A stretch of DNA of 64,000 nucleotides from Erysipelotrichaceae bacterium (GCA_015058945.1 SVBF01000007.1:133850-197849); one strand, 5' to 3'; shown: positions 18,870-29,336, counted from the stretch's first letter. A program made the numbers and translations. Notes: a model not told the origin generated them from the sequence alone.

Positions 18870-19004
18870 CTTTTTATACGTGAAGTAAAAGCCTTTTTGG
18901 ATTGGATGGTAGTTATGCTTAAACGCGCGGCAGATATTCGCACTGGCGACCCCGGTGACCTTTGCCGCCTCAGCAACGCTTTGATACTCGCCTATGAGAT
19001 TCAT
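18870..19004 (-). pseudogene. Short HTH-like gene fragment (NUMOD1/homing-endonuclease-like C-terminal helix-turn-helix), probably a remnant.
   Basis: MNLIGEYQSVAEAAKVTGVASANICRAFK... resembles the DNA-binding tails of GIY-YIG/HNH homing endonucleases. The ORF then runs through the att-like repeat with no partner domain upstream. Confidence 0.3.
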
Positions 19005-19047
19005 GCTTGAATCGTAGACATAGACGGTTCCGGTCGCGCCTATTGGA

Positions 19048-21627
19048 TTATTGTTCTTTCGCTTCGACGCCGATCATCTCCAAAGCGGGTTCGCTCAAAG
19101 GCGGGACATCATAACTTATGGCGAACAAGACCAGCGCCAATCCCATGAAGGCCACGTAAAGAATCGAGGCGATGAAGATATTGGGGTTCGAGAAGAGATA
19201 CACCCCTAACGCCCCCATCGCCGCGATCCAAAGGAAGCACGCCCCATGCCGTCTCCCAGGGAACGCCAAAACGCTGAAGCCGACGAGCACCATCGCCGGA
19301 ACGAAGCAAAGGTAAGCGATGGCCTCGGGGGAGGCGAAGCCAACGAAAGCCATGACCAAAGGCAAGCCAAAGATCATGCTTAAGGCGTATATCAACCATT
19401 GATGCGGCTTCATCTTCTCCTCGCGTAGATGATAGACGATGAGGTACACCGCCCCCACAAAGGCAAGGCTAAGCGACGTGATGACGTGCACTGAGGCGAG
19501 CACATAGGAAGCGGAGAAGAGCAGCAAAGCCGGCAGAACCGTCTTATCGATCCGCTTAAAGTCTTTGAGGCGCTTGCCCAAAAGATAAAGGGCGAGCGCG
19601 CAGATCGCGGCGACGACCTTGAACAAGACGTTATAGAGGAGAAGGTTCGATGAGAACCAGAACATCGTCTCCCCTTCCACCGCCGCTAAGATGAGTAAGG
19701 ACAAGATCGCGAGGCGCCCAATACGGAGTTTCTTCTTGCCGATGAGTTTGTAGATTAAGGCAAAGAGCCATAATAACGCGACGAGGAGGAACCCCACGAA
19801 CAAGCCAAGCAAGAAGACGTAGACGTGGTAGGACATATAAAGCCGGCTAGTGCCGAGTTCGTCGTTGATTTGGCTTGGCGTGGTAGAAACCAGCTCTCCC
19901 ATATAGGTGGCTTGGCCTTCGTTAACGGTAACCAAAGTGCCCTCTCGCGCACCGCTAGGCCCGATTTCGAGGCGGTATTTGGAAAGATGGGATACGTAAT
20001 AAGGGCCGAGAGGGATGACCGAAGCCGATAGGCTCGCCCCTTCGCTTAAGGAATATTCCAAAGCATAATGGCCATCATGAGGCAAAACGAGCACGGGGTG
20101 GTTCGTGCTTTTGAAAAGCGCGTAATCGCGATGGGCGGAAATAGCGTAATCGCTTAAGGTTTTCACCCCGCCTTCAACGCGAAGCAATTCCTGCTTGGCG
20201 TCAAGGTCGATGAGGCGATAGGCGTTATTGTCCAAGAGGACGCAATCGTAGGCGTCGGGTTTGGCGAAGAGGTCTTTTTCCTCGAGAGAATAAAGCTTAT
20301 AAAGGTAAATCTCGGGCAAATGTTCATGCACCAAGCCAAATAGCGGCATTGTCGCGGACGACTTCTTTCCGCTCATGAACCCCGATCCGGTCAAAACCGG
20401 CTGGATCAGAGCCAAGGCGGCGTCGATGATGACGTCTTTCTGCGCCGCCGTCGCGGAAGAGAACGCATCATAACGGATCAAGGTGTTGCGCAATAGCTCC
20501 AAGATGGAATTGACGTCATGGGCTTGCATGACGGAGACGAAGACGGGCTGGAGGAGCTCGACGAACGCCTCTTGGTCGACGGAGAATTCCAGTAGGAGCC
20601 CATAGAACATCCGCAAACGGAAATTGAGTTCGGGCACATAGTGAGTCGTCGCCCCCAGTTCCCCCAAACGCTTCTGGACGGTTTGGTATTTGTAATCGAA
20701 GGTCGAATCGGTTTCCACCCCATTCATCCAGCAATCGATCCCATAACGGGAAAAACCCCATTGCTTCGGCACGAATTGTGGGATCACATCCGCGCAGCCA
20801 AGGATGTTATAGATATAGCCAAACCCCGCTTCCGCGCCTAATTCACCATCCGTTTGGACCGCGGCCGGGCTCGCGAAGGTATAGGCGAAGATGTTGTCCT
20901 TCTCCTTTTCTAAGACATGGCCAAGGTCCGCCGCCACCAAATTGGCGATCGCCGCCGCCCGGGAAAAGCCCGTGATCCAGAATTTCGTCGGCAAAGGCGA
21001 AGGGTAGGACGTGTAATAGGAAAGGACGCGGTCGAGGACGAGGTTTGCCGCCTGCCCAAACCCTTTATGCCGCGCTTCATCCCCTAAGGTGAAATTGGAT
21101 TGCCATTCGTTTTCGTATTTGTCCCCGCGGATCGCCACCGCGATGACCCTCGCTTTCTCTCCTTCAAAGGAGATGTCCTTCGCGGCGATGGCGCTGGCGA
21201 CGGTAAACATGGAGGTCTCTTTGTCGTAATCGTCGTAACGGACGGTGCCAAAGCCGATGTTGCTAAAATAATCGGGCAAAGCGCCGGGCCGGTTTTCCTC
21301 ACTCTCTTTTTCCTCGACGTTGAAGGCGGCTATGGCTAAGCCGCAGGACTGGCGCGCCAAAAGATGGTGGTATTCATAGGTCGAGCGGAAGAAGATCTCA
21401 TCGGAATATACGCTAGAGAAAACATGCTTATCGGGGAGGAGGTAATGGTTCACGAGCACCGGCACGTCATCGCGATAGCTCACGTCGTCTTCTTCGTCAT
21501 GGAGTAGATGATGGGGGCTAGTTTGGCTCGATGGCGCTTCGCCTAGCTCGGCGTCGTTTTCCCCCGTGAGGAAAGACGATAACGGAAGTAAGGGCAATAA
21601 CGTCAAAAGGACCAACGATTTGAACAT
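19048..21627 (-). CDS. Large exported protein with an N-terminal lipase-like alpha/beta-hydrolase domain fused to a C-terminal polytopic (about 10 TM) membrane domain.
   Basis: Signal peptide. A GFSRAAA pentapeptide sits in a lipase_3/DUF2974-like context. The last 270 or so residues are almost entirely hydrophobic helices. Confidence 0.45.
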   Translation of the reverse strand: MFKSLVLLTLLPLLPLSSFLTGENDAELGEAPSSQTSPHHLLHDEEDDVSYRDDVPVLVNHYLLPDKHVFSSVYSDEIFFRSTYEYHHLLARQSCGLAIAAFNVEEKESEENRPGALPDYFSNIGFGTVRYDDYDKETSMFTVASAIAAKDISFEGEKARVIAVAIRGDKYENEWQSNFTLGDEARHKGFGQAANLVLDRVLSYYTSYPSPLPTKFWITGFSRAAAIANLVAADLGHVLEKEKDNIFAYTFASPAAVQTDGELGAEAGFGYIYNILGCADVIPQFVPKQWGFSRYGIDCWMNGVETDSTFDYKYQTVQKRLGELGATTHYVPELNFRLRMFYGLLLEFSVDQEAFVELLQPVFVSVMQAHDVNSILELLRNTLIRYDAFSSATAAQKDVIIDAALALIQPVLTGSGFMSGKKSSATMPLFGLVHEHLPEIYLYKLYSLEEKDLFAKPDAYDCVLLDNNAYRLIDLDAKQELLRVEGGVKTLSDYAISAHRDYALFKSTNHPVLVLPHDGHYALEYSLSEGASLSASVIPLGPYYVSHLSKYRLEIGPSGAREGTLVTVNEGQATYMGELVSTTPSQINDELGTSRLYMSYHVYVFLLGLFVGFLLVALLWLFALIYKLIGKKKLRIGRLAILSLLILAAVEGETMFWFSSNLLLYNVLFKVVAAICALALYLLGKRLKDFKRIDKTVLPALLLFSASYVLASVHVITSLSLAFVGAVYLIVYHLREEKMKPHQWLIYALSMIFGLPLVMAFVGFASPEAIAYLCFVPAMVLVGFSVLAFPGRRHGACFLWIAAMGALGVYLFSNPNIFIASILYVAFMGLALVLFAISYDVPPLSEPALEMIGVEAKEQ

Positions 21628-21820
21628 GTCAATTATTTTAGCATAGTCGCGCTGTCCGTCTTCCCCTTCGATAACGACACGGGCAATGGGGTGAGCAAAC
21701 GCGATAACAAACGGTAAAACACTGCATTTTGCGATAACGGAACCGCGCGAAGGCTATGCTCTCTTTTGCCAAGAAAAAAACAAGCCCAGCCTCGAAAGAA
21801 GAGGCCAGGCTTGGATTTGA

Positions 21821-22657
21821 TTAACGAGCCGTATCGGTCCTTCCGGCGATGAAGGCGGCCATGACGGCGTCGTCGAGCCGGCAATCAATGATCTCGATGC
21901 GGAAGATGCCCTCGCCCATGCGAAGGAAGTTCATGCTCTTTTCATTGAAAGGATCTTTGCCGTTGCAAGGGGTGATCTTCGCGACGAGCTTGCCGAATTT
22001 ATAGAGTTCGAAACGGACGAAGGGGCGTTCGAGGACGAAGTATTTGATCTCATAGCCACGGTTGCGGAGATAATCCCAGCAACCGACCCCATCGATCTTG
22101 AAGTTGCTTGCGAGCACCGCGCCCACCGGGATGATCCCGCCTTCAGTGGATTGGGTCAGCGTTTTCCCGACCTTGATGGTCTTGGTGAAGTTATGGCGGA
22201 CATCGGTGAATTCATAGGTATTGGCGGCGACGGGATTGAATTTTTTCAAGATGCATTCGAACCGCTTCTCCCCGTTTTGGTCCTCGACGAAATAGGATTG
22301 GTTCATCTTGCCGCCGAAATGGAAGAAGAACTTCTCGTTCTTGATGTTTTGGATATCGGGTTCGCCGGCGTGGATGCGTTGCTCGTTGGCTTTGACTTCC
22401 TCTTCGCTGAGGGGCTTCCTCTTTTTGAATTCCTTGACCGTGTGGATGAGGAACAAGAGGGAGACGACCATCACCGCCGCACCCGCGATGATGAAGACGA
22501 TGTCCAAGGTCGTGTTGGGGTTTTCGGCGCCTTTAGGATTGATGAGGAGATAAACGCCGATGCCGGCGAATGCCGCCCCGACAATCAAAAAGATGACCGA
22601 GGTGACGATGCCATGCACGCCTCTTATGCCGCGGACTGCATTATTGTTCATTTGCAT
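21821..22657 (-). CDS. Membrane protein (two N-terminal TM helices) with a soluble domain of unknown function.
   Basis: ORF with hydrophobic N-terminus; no recognisable catalytic motifs. Confidence 0.4.
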   Translation of the reverse strand: MQMNNNAVRGIRGVHGIVTSVIFLIVGAAFAGIGVYLLINPKGAENPNTTLDIVFIIAGAAVMVVSLLFLIHTVKEFKKRKPLSEEEVKANEQRIHAGEPDIQNIKNEKFFFHFGGKMNQSYFVEDQNGEKRFECILKKFNPVAANTYEFTDVRHNFTKTIKVGKTLTQSTEGGIIPVGAVLASNFKIDGVGCWDYLRNRGYEIKYFVLERPFVRFELYKFGKLVAKITPCNGKDPFNEKSMNFLRMGEGIFRIEIIDCRLDDAVMAAFIAGRTDTAR

Positions 22658-23170
22658 AAATATGACTCCTTTGTTTACGCCTTATTATTTTACCGCGTCC
22701 AAGTCATAGAACCCATCAGAAGTTACATCCCATGGTAGCACTCGCCGATAGTCCTCGTGTTTTATTCCCAACCAAAAACCATGCCCCTAGCTTGCCAATG
22801 ACACGGGTTCGTCATCGAAGGAAAGATGGGCCTATGCTTCGTCGCGGTCGAAGAAATTCAGGCTATCCAGGCTCTCGATGGCCTTGATCAGGCATTCGAA
22901 GTCCGTGATTGGCCAACGATACCCGAGCAGATAAACCGCTTGGCCGAATGCTCGGCGTTAGCGGGAATAAGCTCGTGGGAGAGGCTATCGCTTGTGGCGT
23001 AGGGCAAAAGTCGAAAAAACGAAAGAAGACAGACTGAGTCTGACTAATTCGGAAATACTGGAGCGCGATGCGGGAAGTTCTTATGCATTTAACGCCTACT
23101 TGTACGGTATTGCTGGTCATTTTTTAAAGTTTTTTGACCTGTTATATTGCTTTTGCGAGGTCTCCAAAAA

Positions 23171-24475
23171 TCATAAGCTCAAAAGGAAATCCGCAATGCC
23201 GACCACGTAGGTTCCATCTTGATTCCGGGTTTCGGGAATCGGGTCGCCAATCACTAGGACGTTTTTCGCTTCTCCGCGCACAAAATCAAATGGCCTGAGT
23301 TCTTTCTTCAGTACATTCGGATCGATGACGCTTTGACAAATCTGAATGTAAAGAACGTCGTAGCCTTTCCTCGCCACGAAATCGATTTCGTAATCCTCGC
23401 GCACGCTTTTCCCGTCTTTATCCTTCCCAACCGTTGGGACCATGCCGACACTTACCTGGTACCCATTGTATAGAAGTTCGTTATAGACGGCGTTTTCCAT
23501 CAGCTGTCCAATGTCGGGGAATCCGAAATTCAGTCTTGCGTTTCTTAACCCAGTGTCGGTGAAATAGTACTTTCGTCCCGCCCCGATTAAAGATCTGCCT
23601 TTCACGTCATAGCGGGAGGCTTCCGAAAGGAGGAAAGCATCGACGAAGGAATCAATGTAGCTCTCCACCGTCTTCGGATCCAGCGATGTTTTGCCTGCGC
23701 TGCGGAGAGTATTTGCGATTTTCTCGACGCTAATGATTTTGCCAACCAAAGAAGACAAGGCGTCGGCCAGTTCGTCCAGCGCCCATTCCTTTTGGAAACC
23801 ATGATGCTCCAAAATATCTTTGAAATAAGTCGTTTGAAACAACCCTTTTAGATATTCCTCTTTTTCACTCCGTTGTTTTAGGACCGCCAAAGGCATCCCT
23901 CCGTGGAGGAGATATTCGTAAAGAGCCTCCGACTTGGCCCCACCAACATGGGCGTAGTACTCGGAAAATGAAAGCGGCGCCATGTGAATCTGGGTCGCCT
24001 TGTCGCGGAACTGGGTGACGATGTCACTGGAGAGCATGTGGGAATTGCTTCCCGTCACGTAAAGATCTATGTTTGCGACCGAGGCAAGTCCCATGACCAC
24101 GTCGACGAAGGAAATCGTCTGGGCGTCACCCTTCTTGGCTAGGACGATCCGTCCGCCGGTCAGTTCGGGGTTGACGATTTCAAAGACTCGCTGGATCTCA
24201 TCTAGGACAACATAAAGAGTGTCTTGCATCCCTTTTGCCTTTTCTCTGACATAGGTACTGAGGGTTAAGGGGTTGCGCAGATTCGCATTGGCGTCATCGT
24301 CTAGTTCGACAAGAAGGAATTGTTCTTCTTTCACGCCCAAAGAGATTAAATGGCTTTTAAAGATCTCCTTAAGCAAATAGGATTTGCCGCAGCGACGAAT
24401 GCCTGTAACGATCTTCGGGAATCCGTTTCCCATGCTCATTATTAATTGACCTAAATACTTGTCGCGGGGAATCAT
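23171..24475 (-). CDS. AAA-family ATPase of the AAA_14/DUF4143 type.
   Basis: Walker A GIRRCGKSYLL, Walker B VVLDEIQ and a DUF4143-like C-terminus. It lies in a locally AT-rich region. Confidence 0.7.
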   Translation of the reverse strand: MIPRDKYLGQLIMSMGNGFPKIVTGIRRCGKSYLLKEIFKSHLISLGVKEEQFLLVELDDDANANLRNPLTLSTYVREKAKGMQDTLYVVLDEIQRVFEIVNPELTGGRIVLAKKGDAQTISFVDVVMGLASVANIDLYVTGSNSHMLSSDIVTQFRDKATQIHMAPLSFSEYYAHVGGAKSEALYEYLLHGGMPLAVLKQRSEKEEYLKGLFQTTYFKDILEHHGFQKEWALDELADALSSLVGKIISVEKIANTLRSAGKTSLDPKTVESYIDSFVDAFLLSEASRYDVKGRSLIGAGRKYYFTDTGLRNARLNFGFPDIGQLMENAVYNELLYNGYQVSVGMVPTVGKDKDGKSVREDYEIDFVARKGYDVLYIQICQSVIDPNVLKKELRPFDFVRGEAKNVLVIGDPIPETRNQDGTYVVGIADFLLSL

Positions 24476-25034
24476 AACTTTCTCCTTTTTTGTAGAATTC
24501 TACATTTTTCAGGAAAATTATAAAACCCGCTCCACACGAACGCAACGCAGCGCATCGCCTGTTTTATAAGTGGTCTTTGTTTATTAATTCTTTTGAATTT
24601 AAGACCATTTATAAACAATCTGCACTGTCGCTTTTTGGATTTGCAAAGTGCGTTTTCCGCACATTGCTTTGCAGTAGTCAACGAAAAGTAGACACTCCTA
24701 AGCAGTCTGAACATCTCGCGTAGCACCTTCTTCCGGGCATTGAGCGATGTGCGGTGCTACTTACAAGAACACCGCCCTTATCTCGAATTATCCCTCGACT
24801 TAGGAAAAGACGCCTATGCGATCATCGACCCATCCTCGTCCAGCAAATAAAGGAAAGGCCTCTGACCAACCGTCGGAGGCCTTCTCATTTGGAACGATTA
24901 ACTCATTCCGACTTCTTTGGACCCTCGTGGTATCGAGGGAGTTCTGGCATTGGAGTACGATGCGGGATAATCGCGTGGATTTGCGACCTTGAAAGTGTTC
25001 CAAGCAAACAAAACCGGCTTCTATATTGCAGGAA

Positions 25035-25700
25035 TCAAAGGGCCTTGCGATCCAGGGGTTTCAAATAGTCTTTCTTGATTTTCCTCTTTTCGCCGAAGAA
25101 CGCGATTTCGCTCTTGGTAAGGCAATTGAGTTTGCAATGGTAACGGATGAGCTCCATCTCCCCGACGAGATCGGCAACCTGCATGAACGGGTGTTCCGAT
25201 TGAAGGGTCTTCTCGAAACGGGCCTTCAAGAGTTTCGCGCGGAAAGCGCCCAGCACCACCCCCATTAGGAAAGGCTGCCCGTTGTCGTAATGGAGGACGA
25301 TGTCGTCATAGCGCGCGAAAAACGACCGACGCTCTTCTAATGAGCTGAGCAAAGCGTCGGTGAGGGATACCCCGAGATCAAGGCCCGGGCGTTTCTCCAC
25401 CTCCACGGACAGAAGAAAAATCGGGGCATGCATCGCGAGGAGATACAAGCCGTAAAACAGCCTTTGCCTATCCTCTCTTTCATATCCTTTGTAAGGAGGC
25501 TCGTTGCGGACCAACGGGCCAACGTGTACGAAATCCCCGGGAAGGGAGCTTTTCTTCCTATCGAAATCGAATTTGCGAAGCGCGGGAGCACATGCTTCTG
25601 CGTCATCGGCCAAAACGAAACAAACCGCATAGAACGGATTGGTTTTCGAATAGGGGCTGAGGTCCCCGCTTTCGTCAAGGTAGATGTCGAGGCGCTTCAT
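25035..25700 (-). CDS. DUF3800-family protein.
   Basis: N-terminal MKRLDIYLDESGD is the hallmark D-E-S-G motif of DUF3800. Confidence 0.55.
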   Translation of the reverse strand: MKRLDIYLDESGDLSPYSKTNPFYAVCFVLADDAEACAPALRKFDFDRKKSSLPGDFVHVGPLVRNEPPYKGYEREDRQRLFYGLYLLAMHAPIFLLSVEVEKRPGLDLGVSLTDALLSSLEERRSFFARYDDIVLHYDNGQPFLMGVVLGAFRAKLLKARFEKTLQSEHPFMQVADLVGEMELIRYHCKLNCLTKSEIAFFGEKRKIKKDYLKPLDRKAL

Positions 25701-26129
25701 GATCTTTAGTATAGAAAAGCGGGATTAATTTCCCGCACTTCGGTGATCCCCAGGAATTGCTCCTGCGACCATCCATAATATACCCTTTGCCCAAACAAAA
25801 AACAATATGCGCGAATGGCTTTGGAGCAGGATTCCAAAGTGCTTCAGGAAAACAGCGTTTTGGAGGCTGAGAAAAGTCTTGCTTCGGAAAAAATGGTCCG
25901 ATTTAAGTGGTATTATCGTGGTAGTCGTTTTTGGATTTGTTCGATGCTTTCTAGTTATTCTTTATCGACCTATGCGCAACGCCTTAAGAAATCATCCAAT
26001 GTATCAATCAGTTCTTTGCTTGGCCCATGGGGAAGCGAGGATGCCTCGGATAGGATTGAACGAATTGCACTGAAGTGGTCAGCCGTGTTTCTCAATTGCT
26101 CTTGAAGGGCTTCGGCGTTTGCGGAAGAG

Positions 26130-26215
26130 GCGAGTCTAAGCGGATTATACAACTGCCGCAACTGTCGCCAACTCTCGCCAAGTCCTGCCAACTCCTGCCA
26201 ACTCCTGCCAAGGAT
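26130..26215. repeat. Short imperfect tandem repeat (C)TGCCAACTC(C) x 4-5 in a non-coding stretch.
   Basis: The sequence reads ...caactgccgcaactgtcgccaactctcgccaagtcctgccaactcctgccaactcctgccaagg... Confidence 0.6.
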
Positions 26216-26499
26216 GCTCCGCCTGTCCTGTTGCTTGTACTGCATCCCTTCGGCATTCGCAAAAACGAAAGGACCCCGCTTCCGAGGTCCATCGTTGTCG
26301 GACAACTCTTCGTGTCTATTTATCTCTTGATCGCCGCGTGGGACAACGGGATTTCTGCATATCGTGCCTGTTGTTCAAAGGCATGGGCTACGAACCGTCG
26401 CGAGATGGGTCATCGCTTGCCCATTTTCGCCTTTTGGATATCCATTGAGGCTATCGCTTTGGTTGGTTGTTTGCCCCAATCCCGTTGAGAGCCGTGCGT

Positions 26500-27618
26500 T
26501 TATGACTGATAGGCGACCCACTGCCCCGTGACGCCGGGATCGCCCCAGATGGGCGAGGTGACCGCGGAAATGTCATATAAAGGCGTGGCGGCATCGATAT
26601 CCGCGATCGTGATATTGATGGTCTTCGCGCCGTAATCGGACAAATCGTTCGGGCCGATGCGAGTGAAGATGAGATTGGTGTAATCCAACGCGGGATCAAA
26701 AGTGTATTTCCAGATGCCGTTGCCGAGACTTTCCATGGCTTCGCCTGGCCAATTCGCGTTCTTGTTATCGTCTTTCCATAAATAGATGCCGGAACGAGCG
26801 CTGTCTTGGGCCCACCATTCCGCGTCTTTGAAGTATACGGCGGAAAGCGTTGCGGGAGCAGCTTTGGTGAAACCCTTTTCGTCAAAATAACGGATGACTT
26901 TCGTCTCTTCGGTGCCCGTGTAGGTGAAAATGCCCGAATAGTTGACTTTGTCGCCGGCGGCGAAAGTGCCTTCGGGAAGTTTCTCGGCGACGCTGAGCTT
27001 GTTCGCGAGGATAAATTGGGTATCCCCCTCAGAGAGCTTTATGAGGTAGGCGGAGTTTCTATGGGCTCCCACGACGTCGAAATCGATGCTGGACAAGGAG
27101 GAATCGTATTCCACTAGATCGGCTTCCTTGGAAATCGTGACGGTTTCGGTGGTGAAGGCCTCGTTGATGACCTTGATTTCGGAATTTGGCACAACGGAGC
27201 GGTAGGTGGAGATGGAGATAGTGCTGACGTCGCCGACCTTGTATTCGTTGAAGCGGCCTTTGACCTCGACGGAATCGCCGACATTGACGTCAAAGACATC
27301 GGGATAGGCGACTTCGACAGCGTATTTTCCGCTTTGGATCACGAGCTCGCCATCATCCTCCCCCGAATGCTTGGCAAAGGTAACTTTGCCTTTAACGGCA
27401 ACATATTTCTCGTTGAGACTTGGCAGCGTCTTGGCGACGCGGGCATCATGGAGCTCGCTGAGGGTAAAGGCCTCGAACGTCGGAAGGCTCTGACTCGAGC
27501 TGGTTTGCTCACTCTGTGAAGAAGAGGATGTAGAGGCAGAAGAGGAGGAATTGCCACCGCCGCAGGAAGCGAGGACGGCAAGGGCGAATAAGGGAAAGAC
27601 GTTTTTATGCAGTTTCAT
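26500..27618 (-). CDS. Lipoprotein of unknown function with a Ser-rich linker.
   Basis: The start was reassigned to MKLHKNVFPLFALAVLASCGGG (lipobox LASC, RBS GAAAGGA). The ORF track's N-terminal extension to 27987 overlaps the upstream gene and operator. Confidence 0.65.
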   Translation of the reverse strand: MKLHKNVFPLFALAVLASCGGGNSSSSASTSSSSQSEQTSSSQSLPTFEAFTLSELHDARVAKTLPSLNEKYVAVKGKVTFAKHSGEDDGELVIQSGKYAVEVAYPDVFDVNVGDSVEVKGRFNEYKVGDVSTISISTYRSVVPNSEIKVINEAFTTETVTISKEADLVEYDSSLSSIDFDVVGAHRNSAYLIKLSEGDTQFILANKLSVAEKLPEGTFAAGDKVNYSGIFTYTGTEETKVIRYFDEKGFTKAAPATLSAVYFKDAEWWAQDSARSGIYLWKDDNKNANWPGEAMESLGNGIWKYTFDPALDYTNLIFTRIGPNDLSDYGAKTINITIADIDAATPLYDISAVTSPIWGDPGVTGQWVAYQS

Positions 27619-27681
27619 GTTTTTCCTTTCTTGATATATGGCTGCAAAATTATAAAGGAGAAACGGAATCCGTTCTTTGTG

Positions 27682-27700
27682 GTGTTTCATGTTGAAACAC
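27682..27700. promoter_or_regulatory. Palindromic candidate operator GTGTTTC-ATGTT-GAAACAC, 66 bp upstream of the lipoprotein gene at 27618.
   Basis: Perfect 7-bp arms. It belongs to the family of five GTTTC-N5-GAAAC sites. Confidence 0.55.
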
Positions 27701-27782
27701 TTATTTGGTTTTCTCGCTTCAACCGGAAGTTTGTATTCAGAAGGGCGCAATAACAATCCTTCCGGGCCATCGGTGGGCACTT

Positions 27783-28211
27783 TTATTGGCCTTGGTTTGC
27801 TTTTCCGCGATGGTGGAAGAGGATGAGAAGCGTGCCGCCCACATAGCAAATCGGCATCAGTATGGATACGACGAAGTCCCAAACCGCTTTGGCGTCGGTA
27901 AAGCCACCCGCTTGAATCATCCGATAAATGGTAAATCCAACGAGGGCGCCCAAAAGAATTGAAAAAAGTAACATCCAAAACCCGCATTTCCCGCGGATTA
28001 CGCCAAAGACGGCGGGCAAAGCGAGGAGGATGTAAAGCCCGGAAATGATCAAAACGAACATATCAGCCAAAAAGTTTCTGCTGTCGAAGAAGGCATCCCA
28101 CCCACCAGCTTTCTGAATGGTGTGAACACCGTTGATGATTCCCGTGATGCCGCTATAGAGAAGTAGGCCAGCGGCGATAGCTATCAAGATACGTCCAATG
28201 AAACGAAGCAT
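27783..28211 (-). CDS. Small polytopic membrane protein (4 TM).
   Basis: The start at MLRFIG has an AGGAG RBS. It follows the lipoprotein at 28273 in the same orientation. Confidence 0.55.
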   Translation of the reverse strand: MLRFIGRILIAIAAGLLLYSGITGIINGVHTIQKAGGWDAFFDSRNFLADMFVLIISGLYILLALPAVFGVIRGKCGFWMLLFSILLGALVGFTIYRMIQAGGFTDAKAVWDFVVSILMPICYVGGTLLILFHHRGKANQGQ

Positions 28212-28272
28212 GCCCGACGCTCCTTTCGGCACAATCATCCCACGTATTGCTTAAAAAATAGGGCAAGCAATA

Positions 28273-28701
28273 CTATGCATTGGACCATCCTAATCCTACG
28301 GCAATGCTTTTGGTGCCGGCCCACGCAACGTTGTTATGGTTGCCCATCTGGGGATCTTTGCAACGCGTCTGGAGGGGTAAATAAATATCCGCGACATAAT
28401 CTTTGACGAATTTGTCCGCCTGCTCGAAGGTGTCGAAGAACCAGCAATAGAATTGTTCGGGAAGCTCTTGCTCCGAGGCGGGCGCCTTAACACCGGCGAG
28501 GTATTCCTTCAGTCCGTCGGCGACGAACGTTTCGCTTTGAGTCTTCTTGTAGTCCTCGCCCGACATGAGGATGACATTAGACTCGGAGAAGCCGTGGCTT
28601 AACAGATAGCTTTTGACGCCTCCGGATGATTCGGTTTGGGAGCAGCTCGCCAGAGCGAAGATCGCCAAGGCGGAAAACCCGATTTTGCGTAATCCAGTCA
28701 T
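28273..28701 (-). CDS. Lipoprotein of unknown function.
   Basis: MTGLRKIGFSALAIFALASCSQ has the lipobox LASC and a strong AGGAG RBS. The track's upstream extension to 28746 would translate the RBS itself. Confidence 0.65.
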   Translation of the reverse strand: MTGLRKIGFSALAIFALASCSQTESSGGVKSYLLSHGFSESNVILMSGEDYKKTQSETFVADGLKEYLAGVKAPASEQELPEQFYCWFFDTFEQADKFVKDYVADIYLPLQTRCKDPQMGNHNNVAWAGTKSIAVGLGWSNA

Positions 28702-28793
28702 TGTTTTCTCCTTTTTAGAAATATTCGCCGTTCTGAATATGAACAACGATTCTCGGAAATTATAGGCAGAAGGAAAAAGCCGTTAACCTCAGC

Positions 28794-28808
28794 GTTTCGG
28801 ATTGAAAC
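28794..28808. promoter_or_regulatory. Palindromic candidate operator GTTTC-GGATT-GAAAC, about 93 bp upstream of the lipoprotein at 28701.
   Basis: Identical 15-mer to the site at 32956. Confidence 0.55.
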
Positions 28809-29006
28809 ATCTGTTTGGGACGCCGACGTAGACATGGATGTTTCCAAAAGCCTCCTCAAGGCGTTCCTTCCCCATGGGCAAATTACCTAGCAACGGGCTT
28901 ATATGTCCGACATCGCCGCAAAGATCGTGCCGCGTTCTAAATCGATCATCGGTTCTTGGACCGTTCGGAATAGACTCGGACGGAAAGGCGAACGAAGATG
29001 ATAACG

Positions 29007-29237
29007 TTATTTTTCTTGCTTTACTTCATAGGTTTTTGCAAAGAACAGGATGATGCCGATGATGCCCGCGATTCCCGCAACGCCAGCAAAGCCGGCAATA
29101 ACATACATCCAGATTTTGTTCTTTTCATCTACCGTGCCTTGCTGAAACGAAAACCAGACGAGCAGCCCTACCACAACGGCCAAAATAAGAACGGCTAGCC
29201 CAAAAAACAAATGCGTTTTTTTACGAACTCTTTTCAT
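29007..29237 (-). CDS. Small two-TM membrane protein (76 aa).
   Basis: Two hydrophobic helices, preceded by the operator palindrome. Confidence 0.45.
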   Translation of the reverse strand: MKRVRKKTHLFFGLAVLILAVVVGLLVWFSFQQGTVDEKNKIWMYVIAGFAGVAGIAGIIGIILFFAKTYEVKQEK

Positions 29238-29336
29238 GTTGAATACTCCAATTGGCTAAATGTGATCTGTTTTCTGCTTTATCGGAAAACTTCTCATGGC
29301 GAATTATAAGCGGAAGGAATAATCTGTTAGCCCAAA

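Noticed and set aside
22844..23020. Peptide-like frame (…FVAVEEIQAIQALDGLDQAFEVRDWPTIPEQINRLAEC…) in the spacer between the membrane protein and the ATPase.
   Set aside because: It has no start codon or RBS and is under 60 codons. It is possibly a gene remnant but could not be assigned.
24472..24726. 84-aa ORF upstream of the DUF4143 ATPase.
   Set aside because: It overlaps the ATPase start codon and promoter region, is Lys/Arg-rich and lies in AT-rich intergenic DNA, so it is probably not a gene.
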